64,000 nucleotides of DNA from Bigelowiella natans CCMP2755 (taxonomy: Eukaryota > Protista > Cercozoa), in assembly GCA_000320545.1 (NCBI GenBank), contig ADNK01001326.1, positions 62,001 to 126,000 on the forward strand, in the 5' to 3' direction. The notes beneath the pieces are model-generated. The model was not told the DNA's origin. It did not search any database and was given only the letters and a program-made list of their open reading frames with translations. Position numbers and translations under genes: made by a program. Of the stretch, positions 26,348 to 41,525 are shown piece after piece. Position 1 is the stretch's first letter, and the number at the start of each line of letters is the position of its first letter.

Positions 26348-27947
26348 TGTTCCCTTGATGTAAATCCCGCTTCCTCTTTTCTTTCTTCTTCTTCTTCTTC
26401 TTCTTCTTTGTTCCGGTGGCAGATCGAGTCCCTCGTTCCAAAATGTTCTGCGGGGGCTTGCATATGCTTCTAACCTGATTGTGTTCCACCATGAGGCAAA
26501 GTCACATCGCGACAGAGATGAGGAGCCAAATTGCTTGCAGGATGATGATAATGATGGATTTGGCATAACTCTAGCCCTCAAAACGGTTACTTTTGCCTCG
26601 CAACCCACATGACAAAATATTTGCGTAGCACACGGGGATGTATGTGTGTATGTATGTATGTATGTATGTATGCATGTATGGATGGATAATGTCAAAAAAC
26701 CACCCATAGAGCACAAACACTAAGTCGATCATCATCTTTTTTGGCGTCGTTGATGGTCTTTCTCTCTCTTCCTCCTCCTCCTGGTCTTAACTACTAGTTG
26801 GTATCAATCTTCTCTACTCCTGCCGCTACTACTACAACTACCAAAACGACAATGATGGAGAGAATGCGACCTGGGCGATCAGAAGAAGAAGAAGAGTCCT
26901 TCAAGAAGCAGCAGCTTCCTCCCTTGCTTTGGGCTTTTGATGTACGAAAGCACCAACGAAGGTATAAAGTATGGTAGTAGTACAGGCTCGTTATGTGTTG
27001 GTTTTGCACAACAGAATTTCGTGGATTTTGGTGGTATTGCTTTTGATCTGTATGTGTTGTTTATGATGATGATTGTGATGATGATAATGATAATTGATGG
27101 GGTTGATGGTTGCTCTAATATGAATTACATCAGCGACAACGAGTATGATGATCATGATGATTATTAGACGATGATGCTGTAATGATGATGATAATGGTGC
27201 TGATGATCTGCCTGCTATCAAACACCAAACACACTAAACAGCAAACGTAAATTTGATGCATTGTTAATTTGGAGTAGAAACATGTAGTAGTACCGTGGTC
27301 ATTGTTGTTATCTTCTTTCTTTTCCATAATCCACAATAACCATTATCCAACAAGCTACGGCTGGCCTCTGCAAGATCCTGGGATGCTGCCACTAGAACTA
27401 GAGCGGGTAAATATCTAGTAGTAATGGTAGTAGTAGTAGTAGTAGTAGTAGTAGTATTCATCTTTGATGAGTTATCAGTTAGCATCTTTGGCTGCTGCTG
27501 TTGCATTTGTTATTGGAATGTATAATAAATAATAGTAGTAATAAAAATGATAATGATGAAAATAATGCGGGGATAGGTAGTAGTATATGGTGGTGTTGTT
27601 AGAAATGATGATGCTATCATTCCTAAGACATTTTCATCGTTACCACCACCACCACCGACATGATCATTATTATCAAGATACTTCTTCCCATACAGTTATC
27701 ATTGAAAACAACACAAACAATACCATCACCTCTAGTAGCAAATATAATGGAGGGAATAGCAAAAAGGAGCAGCTATAAACTTGTAGTTATTACTATTATA
27801 CATTCCATATCCTATTATTATTATTGTTATTATGATTCTTCACAATTATGTTCGTCGTACTTATGGTTTTTGCCCTCTCCTCCTCCTCCTCCTCCTCCTC
27901 CTCGTTCAGATACTGACCTCCCACATGACCTCATACTCAAAGCTTGG

Positions 27948-27980
<33 letters not shown>

Positions 27981-28329
27981 CGGCGATAGTAGTGAATATG
28001 AAGAAGATGAAGAAGAGGAGGAGGACAACGACCCGAGAGCACATATTACTAGCACTAATAAGTGGGAACAACTTCTAAGATGGAGGGAGGAAGGGAGGGG
28101 GAAGAAAAGGAATGAGAAGTACCACCAGCAGCAGCACCCATGCTCCTCCTCTTCTTCTTCTTCTTCCTCTTCTTCTTCTTCGCCTTTCCGGATGTTCTGC
28201 AAGCTATTTCCCAGAAGGTGCTTATGATAGTGATGATGATGATGATGATATGACAGTTAAGCATGCATAGAGAGAGACTATATAAGCAAATACATACAAT
28301 ATACTTTCTTTATTACTATTTATTTCCTA

Positions 28330-28367
<38 letters not shown>

Positions 28368-28375
28368 GCGACATG

Positions 28376-28416
<41 letters not shown>

Positions 28417-28602
28417 TAATCTAATGGATGATGATGGTGATGATGATGATGGAGGAGGTGGAGGAGGAGAAAATGGGACCTGTAGTAGTATTTGCCACCA
28501 TTACTACTATCCATTAGCTTCTATCCTTCTATAGTAGTAGTACCTCTACTATCCATTACTTTCCATCCTTCATTATCAAACCATCATTCAATAAACTTAC
28601 TA

Positions 28603-28643
<41 letters not shown>

Positions 28644-28708
28644 AATAATAATAATAATAATAATAGGCAAAGCTTTGTATGGAGTACCAGCAGCAGCGAC
28701 TGGGTGCC

Positions 28709-28741
<33 letters not shown>

Positions 28742-29041
28742 TTAAGTAGCAGCAGCAAGTGCACACAAGGAGGAGGCGGAGGAGGAGGAGGAGGAGGAGG
28801 AGGAGGAGGAGGAGGAGGAGGAGGAGGAGGGAAATTCAATAAAACCGCAATGACTACTATTGATAACAACTAAGATAGTAGTGTGTTTATACCGAAGACC
28901 ACCACCCATCTTATTTGCGTATCTTATGAGAATAACATTAAGTTACTGTCTGTCTGTCTGTCTGTGTGTGTGTGTGTGTGTGTACACATTGTGCTTATGA
29001 TACGTTCCTCCAACAACCATGATGATGCAGTAATATATATA

Positions 29042-29080
<39 letters not shown>

Positions 29081-29619
29081 TGAATAATCTTGCATTTTGC
29101 TTGAGTCTTTTGAAGAGTCGTCCCTTTTTAATGATACTACCATCTTTAAACAACATACATCAACAAGTTCTCAGCCTTCCTTATTTGATCAGAATACAAG
29201 GAATAGGGAGGGGGGTATTGGTGCTGGTGTCGATGATGCGCTTGATCATGCATATCATAAGGTAGTAGTAGTAGTAGTAGTAGTAGAAGAACAAGTTATA
29301 GCAGTAGAATATTCAAAAAGAAATGATGATTAAGTTGATAATGACTAATATTATTATCATTAGTATGATTAGACTACTTACAATAATAAATATTACTTAC
29401 AAATTGTTGTTGTTGTGCGCTCAGAGCTTAATGGAGGAAGGACTCAGGATCATCAGAGCTTATGTCCCACCGCCACCATCATCATCATCATCATCATCAT
29501 CATTATCATTATCATTATCATCTCAATCACAAGGATTTTCTACATATTTTATCTTGGAGTACCTCAACTACCTCATTGCAGCAGCAGAGCAAAGGTGATG
29601 CTGATAGTGATAGTGATAG

Positions 29620-29654
<35 letters not shown>

Positions 29655-29683
29655 ATAATAGTGGGAATGGAACGAATTTACAG

Positions 29684-29725
<42 letters not shown>

Positions 29726-30324
29726 AACAATTAACCAACAACAACAACAAGGCATATATCTATGCGGTGTTTGATTTAGCTATGAGAACGATGAGCCGGT
29801 ATCATCATCATCACCATCATCATCGTTGATGTCTGGAAGAGCGTACACTCTGGCTGCTAGGAAGGAGGCCAAAAGGCTGGCACACCAAGCACTTACGTAC
29901 GACGTTGTTAGGAATGATGATGAATAATTATAGTAATAATACGACGACGATGACGATGATAATCACGACTAAAATGTGATAATGTTGTGGAAGGAGAGGG
30001 GGAGAGAGAGTACATTTGGAATTGTCCTGCTACACCAAAAACCATTGAATCTGTACCGGTAATGTCTCGTCGATGTTGGCAGCATTTACAAGAGGAGATT
30101 GGATCAATGTCAATCATCTTACGAGGAGAATGAAGGTCATATCGCAGAAATGATAATAGATGATGTGACGATGATAATGATGATGATTATTATTATTTTT
30201 ATTATTATTTTTATTATTATTACTACTGTTATTAAAGATAAAACTAGATACCGAACATTTGCTTGGATTATGAAAAACATTACATGATCATACATGCATT
30301 GAGTTGTTTCTCACCACTAATTTG

Positions 30325-30361
<37 letters not shown>

Positions 30362-30419
30362 GGTAATGATAACCCACTAGGAGGAGGAGTAAAATGGATG
30401 CAGGAAGACGACGACGTTG

Positions 30420-30456
<37 letters not shown>

Positions 30457-31248
30457 GGCTACAACTCGATATCTAAAGTTACACTTTGAAGCTATGAGAG
30501 CTGCTCTCTCTTCCTCCTCCCCAGCAGCTGCTAATGTGATGATGGGGGAGTACGACGACAGATACCATTTATCAGTGATGCTACTACTACAGAAGGGAAC
30601 TCAGGCCCTCCTATCACAATTTGTACAACGCAACATGGACAATACGGTAACTAATGCTTTATTATTAATGATCACGATCGTCACGATGATGATGATGATG
30701 ATTGAGGAGGAAGAGGGACTAAACCAAACATTCTCATCACCGGGAGGGAGAGGAAAACAACAACAATAACAACAACAACGTGACAAGAACACACACACAC
30801 AATATTGATTAAACATGTATGTGTGTGTGAGAGAGAGAGAGAGAGAGGGGGGGGGGAGAGTAAGACAGTCATAGCACTACATATTAGTTCTACTTCATTA
30901 TCTCATCCTCTCCTCAATAAAATCTCTTCCTCTCTTCCTTCCTCTTATACAATGGCAATGTTTTTTCATCTGTTATCTATCATCGATTGTTAGAGAAATC
31001 ATATTAGAGAAGCAGCAAGACATGCATATGAGCGTTGGAAAGGCTCCTTGGCTGCTATATCAGCAGCATCATCATCTTCATCATCATCATCAGTAGCAGC
31101 AGCAGCAGCAGCACGGCCAATAACAACACCTCCTTATCTTACCACAAATGAGCTCATACGAGTACGACTACATCATGATTGATCACATTGCCCATACCGC
31201 TGCTGACTACCAAGCATGAGTGTTGAAAGCATTGTCCGACATGTGTGC

Positions 31249-31293
<45 letters not shown>

Positions 31294-31847
31294 TGTGTGT
31301 GTGGATGCGTGTGTGTGGATGCGTGTGTGCCCGTTGAGTTGTGGACAACACCGATCAGCATTCTACCTTACTGCATCGTCCTTTCTTTCTTTCTTGTCGC
31401 CACCATTTATATCTGTACTTCTTTTTCTTCTTTCTTGTGATGATATGATTAATAATAATTATAACAGGGACTACACGCGTTTTGTGAGGAGTTGAAGGAT
31501 GTTGATGCACGGGATAATGAGATGATGAAGACAACAACAACAGCAAAGGTGATGATAGTTATTATGGAGGAGATAGAAGCATGGAACATCATAATATCTC
31601 ACTACTTACAAGTAGTAGTAGTCTGTGCAGGAGGCGTTTGCGAGTCGTAGTACTAATAGTATATTATTATTAGTAGTAGTAGTAGTAGTGGTATTGCGGA
31701 ATAAAGACGAATTGATTGGTATTGATACTATGTGGTTCTTCCTTTCATCTACCACTCATCATCATCATCATCATTATCTCTCTCCTTTTATTCATACCGG
31801 CTGGTGCTGCTGCTTTTGTTTCACCTAGTGGCTGATTGCTGATTAGC

Positions 31848-31879
<32 letters not shown>

Positions 31880-34644
31880 CAGTGCATACTGATATAGTAG
31901 TGCACATACTATCACCTATTAGGAGGGAGGAGTGAGGACCAGCCAGCAAGACAGCAGCAGCAGCAGCATTATTATGTGGGACCACTTACTCACGTTCATT
32001 CGAGATGTCTATGGTCCTCTGCAAGTTGCCAATGCAATAAATAACCACAATACCACGCAGAGGTAGTAGTAGTAGTAGTAGTAGTAGTAGTAAGTAGTAG
32101 TATTGCGTAGTTTGGAGATAGCAGCTAATAGCAAGTACTGCTGCATGCATATCTCAATCAAAGATACTAATATGAGCTCAAGATCAACAACAACAAGAAG
32201 AAAAAACAAGAAGAATGACAAGAAGAAGAAAGGGGTTAGGGGTTACTATGATGGGTGGAATCATCGACACACACAGTAGTTTCAGTACATCATCTTTGCG
32301 GCGGTGGCAGCATCTTGTGCATTGGTGTTCTCCTCCTCCCCCTCCTTTTAATCCTCTTACCCCATCTCCAAAGTATGAATAATAAACACTGCCCTAATAA
32401 TAATAATAATATCTACTGCTGGTTCACCTGTTTCTTACACATCAAACGAGGGATTGTACACCACCCACCACTATTATTACTTACTTACTCACTCACCTAC
32501 TACTTTGCGATCAAAGGACGGTGCAGGAAATGCACATGGCCTTAGCTCATTCACAGATAGCAGTGGACAAGGTAGTAAGTAGTAGTAGTTATTGTTCTAG
32601 ATGTTTCATCTTTTCATGGAAGACCATCATCATAAGAATATTGAATGCCTCCTCCTCCTCTACCACCACCACCACAAGGTGCAAGAAACTATATCAAGGC
32701 AAAATCAAGAATTGCTTTGCTCTAAGGTGGTGGTGGTAGTGGTAGTGGTGTAATCTTCTGCTACGGTGCTTGTGTAGAACAACAACAACAACAAAAACAA
32801 GAAAGAGAAGAAGAAGAAAAATGGTAGTAGAGTGGTGGCTTGGGGAGGTGATGGTGGTGATGGTAGTGATATCGACTTGATTAGTATTATTTATTACGCT
32901 ATTTTTCCATTGATTCATTCATTCAATTGTTTTGTTATATATGCTGCTGCTGCTGCTACCTTGATCTACCACCACCACCGCCACTACCATTGCAAGGCTC
33001 GTATAGACGAAATGGAAGCCAAGTGGTAGTAGTCGTAGTCGTAATTGTAGTTGGAAGTAATAGATCGAAAAAGACAATTACAATTTAGATTCATAAAATA
33101 ATTAGTTGTAGTAGTAATAGTAGTAGTAGTAGTAGCAGTCACATACGCTGTTTGCTTTAGCTTTCTTCGTTTGCCTAATTATCTTAATGATGAGTAGCAT
33201 GGGTTGATTGATTATGATGATGATTACTATTGCTTCTCCTCCTCCTCCTCTCCCCATTCTGTGAAACATCAAAAACAACAACAACAATAAAGGTCGGAGT
33301 CTCTTCTAACAGAAGCACGCTTAAAGGCTGATCTGCTTGCATACAATACCAAGCTCGTAGTCAACGAAAGGCAAAGGTAGGCAAGATTCAATTACTCCTA
33401 TAATGATAATAACAAAATAATAATAATAAAAGAAGAAGAAGAAGGAGGAGGAGGAGGAGGAGGAGGAGGAGGAGGCACCAATTGTGTTGTTGTTCCTCGT
33501 TTTTTCCTTCTTTCTTTCTGGAAGAATAGGAATATAACATACCATACCTATAGCTTCTTGTTTTCTACCTATCTCTTAACTCTACGACTGTCACGAGATG
33601 GTCATCATGTTGAGTGTGTGTGTGTGTGTGTGTGAACCTTGCTTTACCCATAGTATGAAAAGGAAGGAGACAGTGTTGTTATTGTGGTGGTTATTATCGA
33701 GAAATAAGTAGTATATCTGACCTTATTCATATCAATTCATATTGTGTGTGCTGCCTTGTTAGAAATGACACATCTCAGAAATTACAGGGACTTACGGAAC
33801 AAAATATCAAGTATTTCGAACAATATATATATTATATATATATTCTTATATCATGATGATGATGATGATGATGACAACTATATTGCTGGCGGAAGGTATG
33901 GAGGGAATACAGCACGATGACTACTACTACTACTGATACTACTACTGATACTCCAACTACTTACTAATAAGGCTTAAGCAGGCAGTCGATCTCCTCAGAA
34001 TACAAAATAAGATGGTACTACTACTAGTTGTTGTAGTTGTAGTAGTAGTAGTAGTAGTAGTAGTAGTCGTCTTTGTAAAATGAAGTCACTAGTAGCTACA
34101 AGTGTTGGTGCTTAGTGTTTCGCCATCATCCTCTCACACCATCATTTCCAATTGTATGATGATGATGCTGATGAATGATGCTGCTGCTGATGATGATAGT
34201 TCCTACGAGTAGTCATCTCAAATTGCCTTCTTCCAAGCACTATTTCATTATCATCATCATCATCATCATCATCATCATCGTAGTCGTCGTTATAATAAAA
34301 GACAGTATTGATGACAATATTGCGTCGCTGTACTACTCCCCATCATTTAAAGTATGTGTATCATCTGTGAATCATCGGTGAATGACGTCATCCTGGTGTG
34401 CATCATCATCATCATCATCTTCTTCTTCTTCTTCTTCAGTTAGAGCAAGGAAAGACAGAGATTGAAGCAGAGATGAGGAAATCATGGCAAAATCTTACTA
34501 AATCTTGCCAAAAGGTAGTATGAAGAAGTAAGTAGTTAGCAGTAGCAAGTGGTAGTATCGATTCTCCACCTATTATTTATTATACTTGGTCATCACATAA
34601 TGATGATGATGAAGATGAGGAGGAGGAGGAGGAGGAGGAGCTAG

Positions 34645-34682
<38 letters not shown>

Positions 34683-34684
34683 AC

Positions 34685-34727
<43 letters not shown>

Positions 34728-34816
34728 TGCTGTGCGTCCTACATTATTATAGATTCAGCGTTTGGAGCAGAAATTAAGTTCTGAGAGAGTAGGAGTTGCA
34801 ATGGAACGAGCTATGG

Positions 34817-34862
<46 letters not shown>

Positions 34863-35075
34863 AGTGTGTGTGTCTGTGTGTCTGTGTGCGTGCGTGTGTA
34901 TTATTTATGTCTGTGTGTTGGGTTATTTGACTTGATAAGGAAAATGATCTCAGTCTTAATTAAAATACTCGTCCTCATCATCAAATATGGCTGCGTGTGT
35001 GTGTGTTTGTTTTGTTGATGGTTTTGCACAGGTCTCAGAGAATGCAACGAAGGTGCACTACCACCCTTATAACCC

Positions 35076-35118
<43 letters not shown>

Positions 35119-35248
35119 AGAACACCGCTATAACCTACAAAAGCTGTAATAGGCAGCTGCTTGCTCTACTGCAATTATTCTTTTTGAATTTATTGATACC
35201 GACCTACTGATCGATAGTACAGCAGCAGCAGCAGTATCGTTTGATATC

Positions 35249-35282
<34 letters not shown>

Positions 35283-35756
35283 TATTTTATTTATTATGAT
35301 TATTATCAACATTAGTCAATGTTTTTGGCTGTACAACGATTGGTATGCGAACGCGAGGCACTACAATCTGGGATAACAAATCTTTCTTCGATAATTATGG
35401 CTACCACTGCTACTCCTACTACTACCACTGCTACTGCTACTGCTAATACTCCAAAGACAACGGCAACAACTAAAGAACAATTTCTCCGCCAACACAAGCT
35501 GCCGCTCTCTGCCACCACCCCTCTTGCTGGTTCATCATCTCCTCCTCCTCCTCCTCCTCCTCCTCCAATGGGGACCAGTAGCATTGAGGTGACAGAATCT
35601 ATTATGAAGAAGGTGGATAGTAGTAAGAAGAAGAAGGGGAAAGAGGAGGACCGCCTCGAGCTCCTCAGCGAAACTACTGATATGAAGAAGCTTCAAACGG
35701 TGAAGAAAGAGGCCAAGAAGAGGAGTACACAACCACTAGCACCACCACCAGCAGTG

Positions 35757-35788
<32 letters not shown>

Positions 35789-36091
35789 GGTGGTAGGAGG
35801 AGGAGGAGGAGGAGGGGGAGATGGGGTTAGAGCAGTCAATTTGAACAAGAAAAACAATCGTATTGGAAGATGATGATGACGTTGGGCTTGTTATTGTCGG
35901 AATTTCTCTCATTATTTTTTGCTATCACAATGATGCTCAGGGAGGAGGAGAAACAACGAAGAAAACGAATAAGAAAGAAGAAATAGGTGTCCTCCTCCCT
36001 GCCAAAGATCATCAACCTCCTTTCTTGGCGGGAAAATCAACAACAACAACAACGCCAACAGCGCCAACAACGCCTATCTCATCGAAGCCCT

Positions 36092-36128
<37 letters not shown>

Positions 36129-36915
36129 GGCATTTTCATCATCGTCGTCACCATCATCATTCTTGCCTAAGATACTTCTTTCAGGGGTAATAAGTAGTTA
36201 GCAGGAGGAGGAGGAGAAGTAGCAGTAGTAGTAGTAGAAGCAGTAGTAGTAGTAGTAAGAGGAGGAGGAGAATGTGGAGGGTAGTGCTTGTTGTTGTATG
36301 TGGTATATTATTATTAAAGTACTATCCATTCGTATGTTGTCGATGCTGCTTTGCTTTGTTGTTCTCTCTGTATTTAGGCATTTGGGTCTAGGACGAACCC
36401 ATTTCAATCCCTTGCAGCAGAAGCAGCAGCAGCATCACACCCACCACCAACACAAAATAACTATTACAACCCCTTCCACCTCTTCAATGAGAGTGGGGGT
36501 GGTGGTGATGGAAAAAGTGCTACGATTGCAGCAGTAGCAGCAGCAGCAGCAAAGAAAGAGGAGGAGGAGAGGAGGAAGAAGAAAAAAAACAGTTGAGAAT
36601 ACTATTCTTCGTATAGTTCTTGGAATTTGATTACGATTATGATCACGATGATGATGATGATGATGATGCAAATCTTCCATCTGGTGTGCCATAATGCTGC
36701 TTGCTGCTGCTGCTGCTGCTCATCTGGTAGCTGTTATCAATATATTTTTCTTTGCCTCTCTCTATCCCCCATCCCCTCCTCAGCATCATCATCATCATCA
36801 TCATCATCATCTATTCCGTCCGTTGTGGAGCAGCAAAGTAGCAGGGATGGGGTATGTTAATACGATGCAATAATGAAAATCACGTCAGTACAAACTGGTG
36901 TTAATAACCTCATTC

Positions 36916-36947
<32 letters not shown>

Positions 36948-36972
36948 ATTGTTGTTATTGTTGTTATCACAA

Positions 36973-37003
<31 letters not shown>

Positions 37004-37364
37004 GATACAAAAATAGAATCTCTTGCTGCTGCTGCTACTGCTGCTGCCGCTGCTGGTGGTGAGAGAAATTTATAACCAATTATGATGATGATGATGATGA
37101 TGATGGTGATGGGGTGATGGGGATGGTGGTGAGGCCTCCCCTTCTGCCTTTAACCACCTCCTCCTACTCCTCCTCATCCCCCTCATTTGTGTGTGTATGT
37201 TCTGCTCGTACTTGTACATGGATGGTGGTGGGGTAGTGGTTGTGCTTTCTTTTCCCTCTCTCTCTCTCTCTCCCTCTCTGTATGTGTCTCTCTGTCTCTC
37301 TATCTGTCTGTCTCTATCTCTGTTTACTCCTGCCTCTCCGTCCGCCTCTCTTTCTTCCTAATCC

Positions 37365-37415
<51 letters not shown>

Positions 37416-37893
37416 ATGTGTGTGAATGAATGATAGGTGACGATAACTCCAGTTTTCTCAACAAGAAAACCACCTCCTCCTCCTCCTTCCGCCTCCTCCA
37501 AGTACAGCAGTAGCTGGTAAAGTATAATCATGATCATCATCATCATCATCATGATTCAAGTACAAAATAAAGGGTTAAACATGGTAAAATACATGCTTTC
37601 GATGGAACTTTGAGTTCATTGCTACTTAATCTACTTCTTATTTTTGCTATTAATTTTGAGTACCCGTCGCTACTTATCATTATCATTATCATCATTATTA
37701 TTGTTCTTCTTCTTCTTATTATTCTTATGATTTTTATATAATCGACATACTGTAGGTCGCCTTCTATCTCCTCCTCCTCCTCTACAAGGAAGATGGTGAT
37801 GACGACGAACCAACACCCAACTACTACTACTACTACTTCTAAGACCCCATCCCACGTTCCAAAGATCATATCGGTTTCAGCTCAAGGTAAACA

Positions 37894-37939
<46 letters not shown>

Positions 37940-37956
37940 AAGAGAGGAAGAGTGGA

Positions 37957-37999
<43 letters not shown>

Positions 38000-38276
38000 T
38001 GGAAGAGGAGTGAAAGAGAGAAGTATATTATGTTCCTGGAAGAAAACTACAATTGCACAACACACAATATTACACATACAGCAGGGGCTGTAATAGGAAA
38101 AGGCACACGAGTTGCAATACGAGGCTTGGTTGATAAATAAATACATAAATAAATAACAACACTTAAAACAACAACAACAACAACAACAACAATGATGATG
38201 ATGATGATGATGATGATGACGATGTATCATAAACAAAGAGCAGCAGCATCAGCAAGCAATAATAATGATAATAATG

Positions 38277-38309
<33 letters not shown>

Positions 38310-38951
38310 CGTACATCTTCTCTTTAACCCCCTTTCACCATTATTGAGGGTGGGATTAGGATGAGGTTAACTTAGAACAAATACACGAAGAAATGAGGAT
38401 AATGATGATGCATATTTTATGATGTGCTATAATTTGAGAGGAGGCCAATTTCTGCTTTTATTAGCAATTAAAATGGTTGTCGATGATGATGTATGATTGT
38501 TGTTAAACATGGTATACCCATAACCATCCTCCTCCTCCTCCTCCTCCTCCTCCTAGATTAAATCTTGGCAGTACAATGGAATGCACGCAACAGTCACAGG
38601 AAATTTGGATGATGGAAGGTATTGGTTATTCATAATGCATCTATTTAACGATTATTTATTCCAACACTTCCTCGTCATTGTCATCGTTGTGTGCTCGTGT
38701 ACATCGCTCAACTAACAATCCATCCTCATCACCATCCTCATCAGCAGCAGCATCAGCACACCGACTACTATGATCAGGTTTCCATTGCGAGTTGACGGGT
38801 TGTCTCGCATCCTCCTAGTGAAAAAGGAGAATGTAGCGGCTCTTCTCTCAGAAGATGTACCACTCAATGCGGCCACAGCTTCTAAGAATAATAAGTTGAA
38901 GAAGAAGCAGCAGAGAGCGCATGACATCGTCAGTAAACAGGCTACCAATGA

Positions 38952-38984
<33 letters not shown>

Positions 38985-39549
38985 CATGACGACCAATACT
39001 TCAAATACTACGAATGATTATGATGTTACTGCAAGTACTACTACTACTCTCAATCTTACTTCATCGGCCGGCAGCAGTAGTACAGCTGCACCATCATCAT
39101 CATCATCATCGATGTCTCCTGCATCTAATGCAACTCACAAGGCTGCTTTGACCCATGCTCCAAATCAAGATAATGCCGTCACCAACGATACGAATACGTC
39201 CTTTATGCCTTTGAATCCCTCGCAGCAGTACAAGGTGCTTTCCTCCCATGCGAAGATAAATAGTGCACCCTTGCACTATTCAGCTGCTGCAGTCTCCCCT
39301 CCTTCTGCCAGGGAGGAGACACCTTCAACCAAAAATGACGTAGATAAAGGAAATGACGATCATACCGATAAGGAAAAGGAGGAAGCTGCACCTGAGGATG
39401 ATGGCCAACATATGTCAAACAGCGAGGAGGGAAAAGAAGAAGAAGAAGAAGAAGAAAAGAAAGATCACCAGGACAATAGTAGGAGAAAAGCTGGAGGAAT
39501 AGCCTACAACAGCACCAGCAACAGCCTGAAAAGAGTTTCTGAAGGTGTA

Positions 39550-39586
<37 letters not shown>

Positions 39587-39806
39587 GGCGTATCAGCTGA
39601 GGAGGGGGAAATAGATGGAGAGTAGTCTTCGTAGATAAAAGTTTGTGCAAGACTTCGATCGGTCAAAATATTCTGTTGTGAGTGTTTGTTGTAATTTTCT
39701 CATCGTCAGTAAAAGAACTGGCGAAGATGACCGTAGCGCAAATAAAGACTTGGCTACAGAACAACGCAGGCGTGCCTTCTGAACAGTAAGAATGACATTT
39801 AATTGT

Positions 39807-39843
<37 letters not shown>

Positions 39844-40085
39844 ATGGTGTGTAAAGAAGAATAATGACAGTTACCAGGCATCATGGATTGTCGTGTATAC
39901 AGTATATGTTCCAATTTTGCTAATAATGATAATAATGATCTTCATACAAACGATTCCAACTCATATTTGTCCAACCCGATTTTTTAAACTCATGTAGGCT
40001 GAGAAGTGTAAAGAAAAAGAAGGAATGGGTTGCAATGATGCGAAAGCGTTTGAAGGTCCAACCTTCTGATCATATGGACACTTGA
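25259..40085 (+). CDS. Very large multi-exon gene (possibly two genes): signal-like leader, possibly degenerate Sey1/RHD3-like region, coiled coil, low-complexity tracts, C-terminal SAP/HeH-like motif
   Basis: Exons on + with GT-AG borders, separated by microsatellite-filled introns. Coiled-coil exons at 33.3-34.8 kb join in frame. Final exons read KELAKMTVAQIKTWLQNNAGVPSEQ|LRSVKKKKEWVAMMRKRLK...*. The product assignment is weak. Confidence 0.55.
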
Positions 40086-40169
40086 TCAAATTGATAAACG
40101 TGTGATTCAACGCATTTCAAGATGAATGACTTGTTATTTGTATGTAAAACCACAAGTATTTACGATAAC

Positions 40170-41500
40170 CCATGTGTGCCGCCATGCTAGCATGGAATCG
40201 AACGATGCTGTCGTCAAACCCCATGGATAAATGTGCTGGCTCATCTAGTCATGCTAGCATGCGTCGTGGCTGCGATGACGCTGCCATGGAAGCTGTGTTG
40301 CATTGTCTAGACTGTCGTACATCGCTAGATTGATCGCATGGCCACTTTCTATTTAGACTTGCTTGCTTGTCAAGTGTGAGTTGCTGCGAGGCATTGTCGC
40401 TGCATGTCCGAACATGTGAATGTAGTAATGGTATGTCTAACTGCGTCAAATGCTGCAAAATCGTGCAGAACTACGTCGCATGTACTAGTGCAACTGAAAA
40501 CTGGTAGATGAAGCGACGATGCGCGAATGGTTAATTGCACGCAACATGATGAACTAGATGTTTGCTACGTGCGTATGCGCTGCACCGTCACATCTGGACC
40601 ACTAGACCACTTTTATGTGGACATATGTGTCCCTATACGTGTACGCGTAAGGAACACATGTACCCATGCACACCACATGTACTAAAGCGTTGTCATGTAG
40701 TTAAGCCATTGCTATTACAAGCAACACATGGTACACATGGATGCATGTATGTACATGTGAGCGCTATCATCTGGCACATGTGTAGCTATGGGTACATGTG
40801 AAGTACGCGATGTACACATTGCATGTCGTAGACGGCTAATAATAGACACAGCAATACACTATAGACACAGCAATACACTATATATATTATATATATTGTG
40901 TATTGCATGTCTATCATGCTACACGTATGTGGACATATGCGTTCCTATACTTTTTAGCACTCGATCCATCATGCATTGCACATCTAGCTACGTACGTACA
41001 ACACATTCTCATGCTTACTATTTATGCACACACAACACACAACAAAGCTAAGAGCTCATGTGTTAACAATCTAGCAATGCACATTGTTGATGTACATTCG
41101 AAATGAATGGATTTGTGTGTACACAAAGACAACACTCGAGACAGACTGAGGAATCTCTCGTAAAACTCGCTCGAGGATACTCATTATAGACAAGGAATAC
41201 CACATCTAGCATATGCATATGGGATTCCTGTGTCTATTACTTGCAAGATTATTTTCATGTCGCTGCACGCTAGCTAGCTAGCACGACAATGCTGTGATCG
41301 CAACCACCCATAGCAGGTAGCTAGCATTCATGAGGAGCGACGAGGGCTAGAAGGTACGCATGGCTCGATCATTGCTATGCAATTTTTCGGCATACAACGG
41401 ACGTCTAGACGTGCATGTATGCGATGCGATGGGATAGCAAATGTAATGGCGAATATTCATCTACAACGCAACGCAGCTATGTGTATATGCAAGGCAGGTG
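40170..41500. repeat. CTAG/CATG-rich decayed-repeat spacer with internal hairpins and a 19-bp tandem duplication
   Basis: atagacacagcaatacact occurs twice (40842-40879). Imperfect palindromes at 40861-40912 and 41186-41237. Lies between convergent genes. Confidence 0.7.
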
Positions 41501-41525
41501 TTTATTAGTCCCGTTATAGTTAGTG

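Noticed and set aside
27000-38300. Dozens of short ORFs with homopolymeric or dipeptide runs
   Set aside because: Translations of intronic microsatellites.
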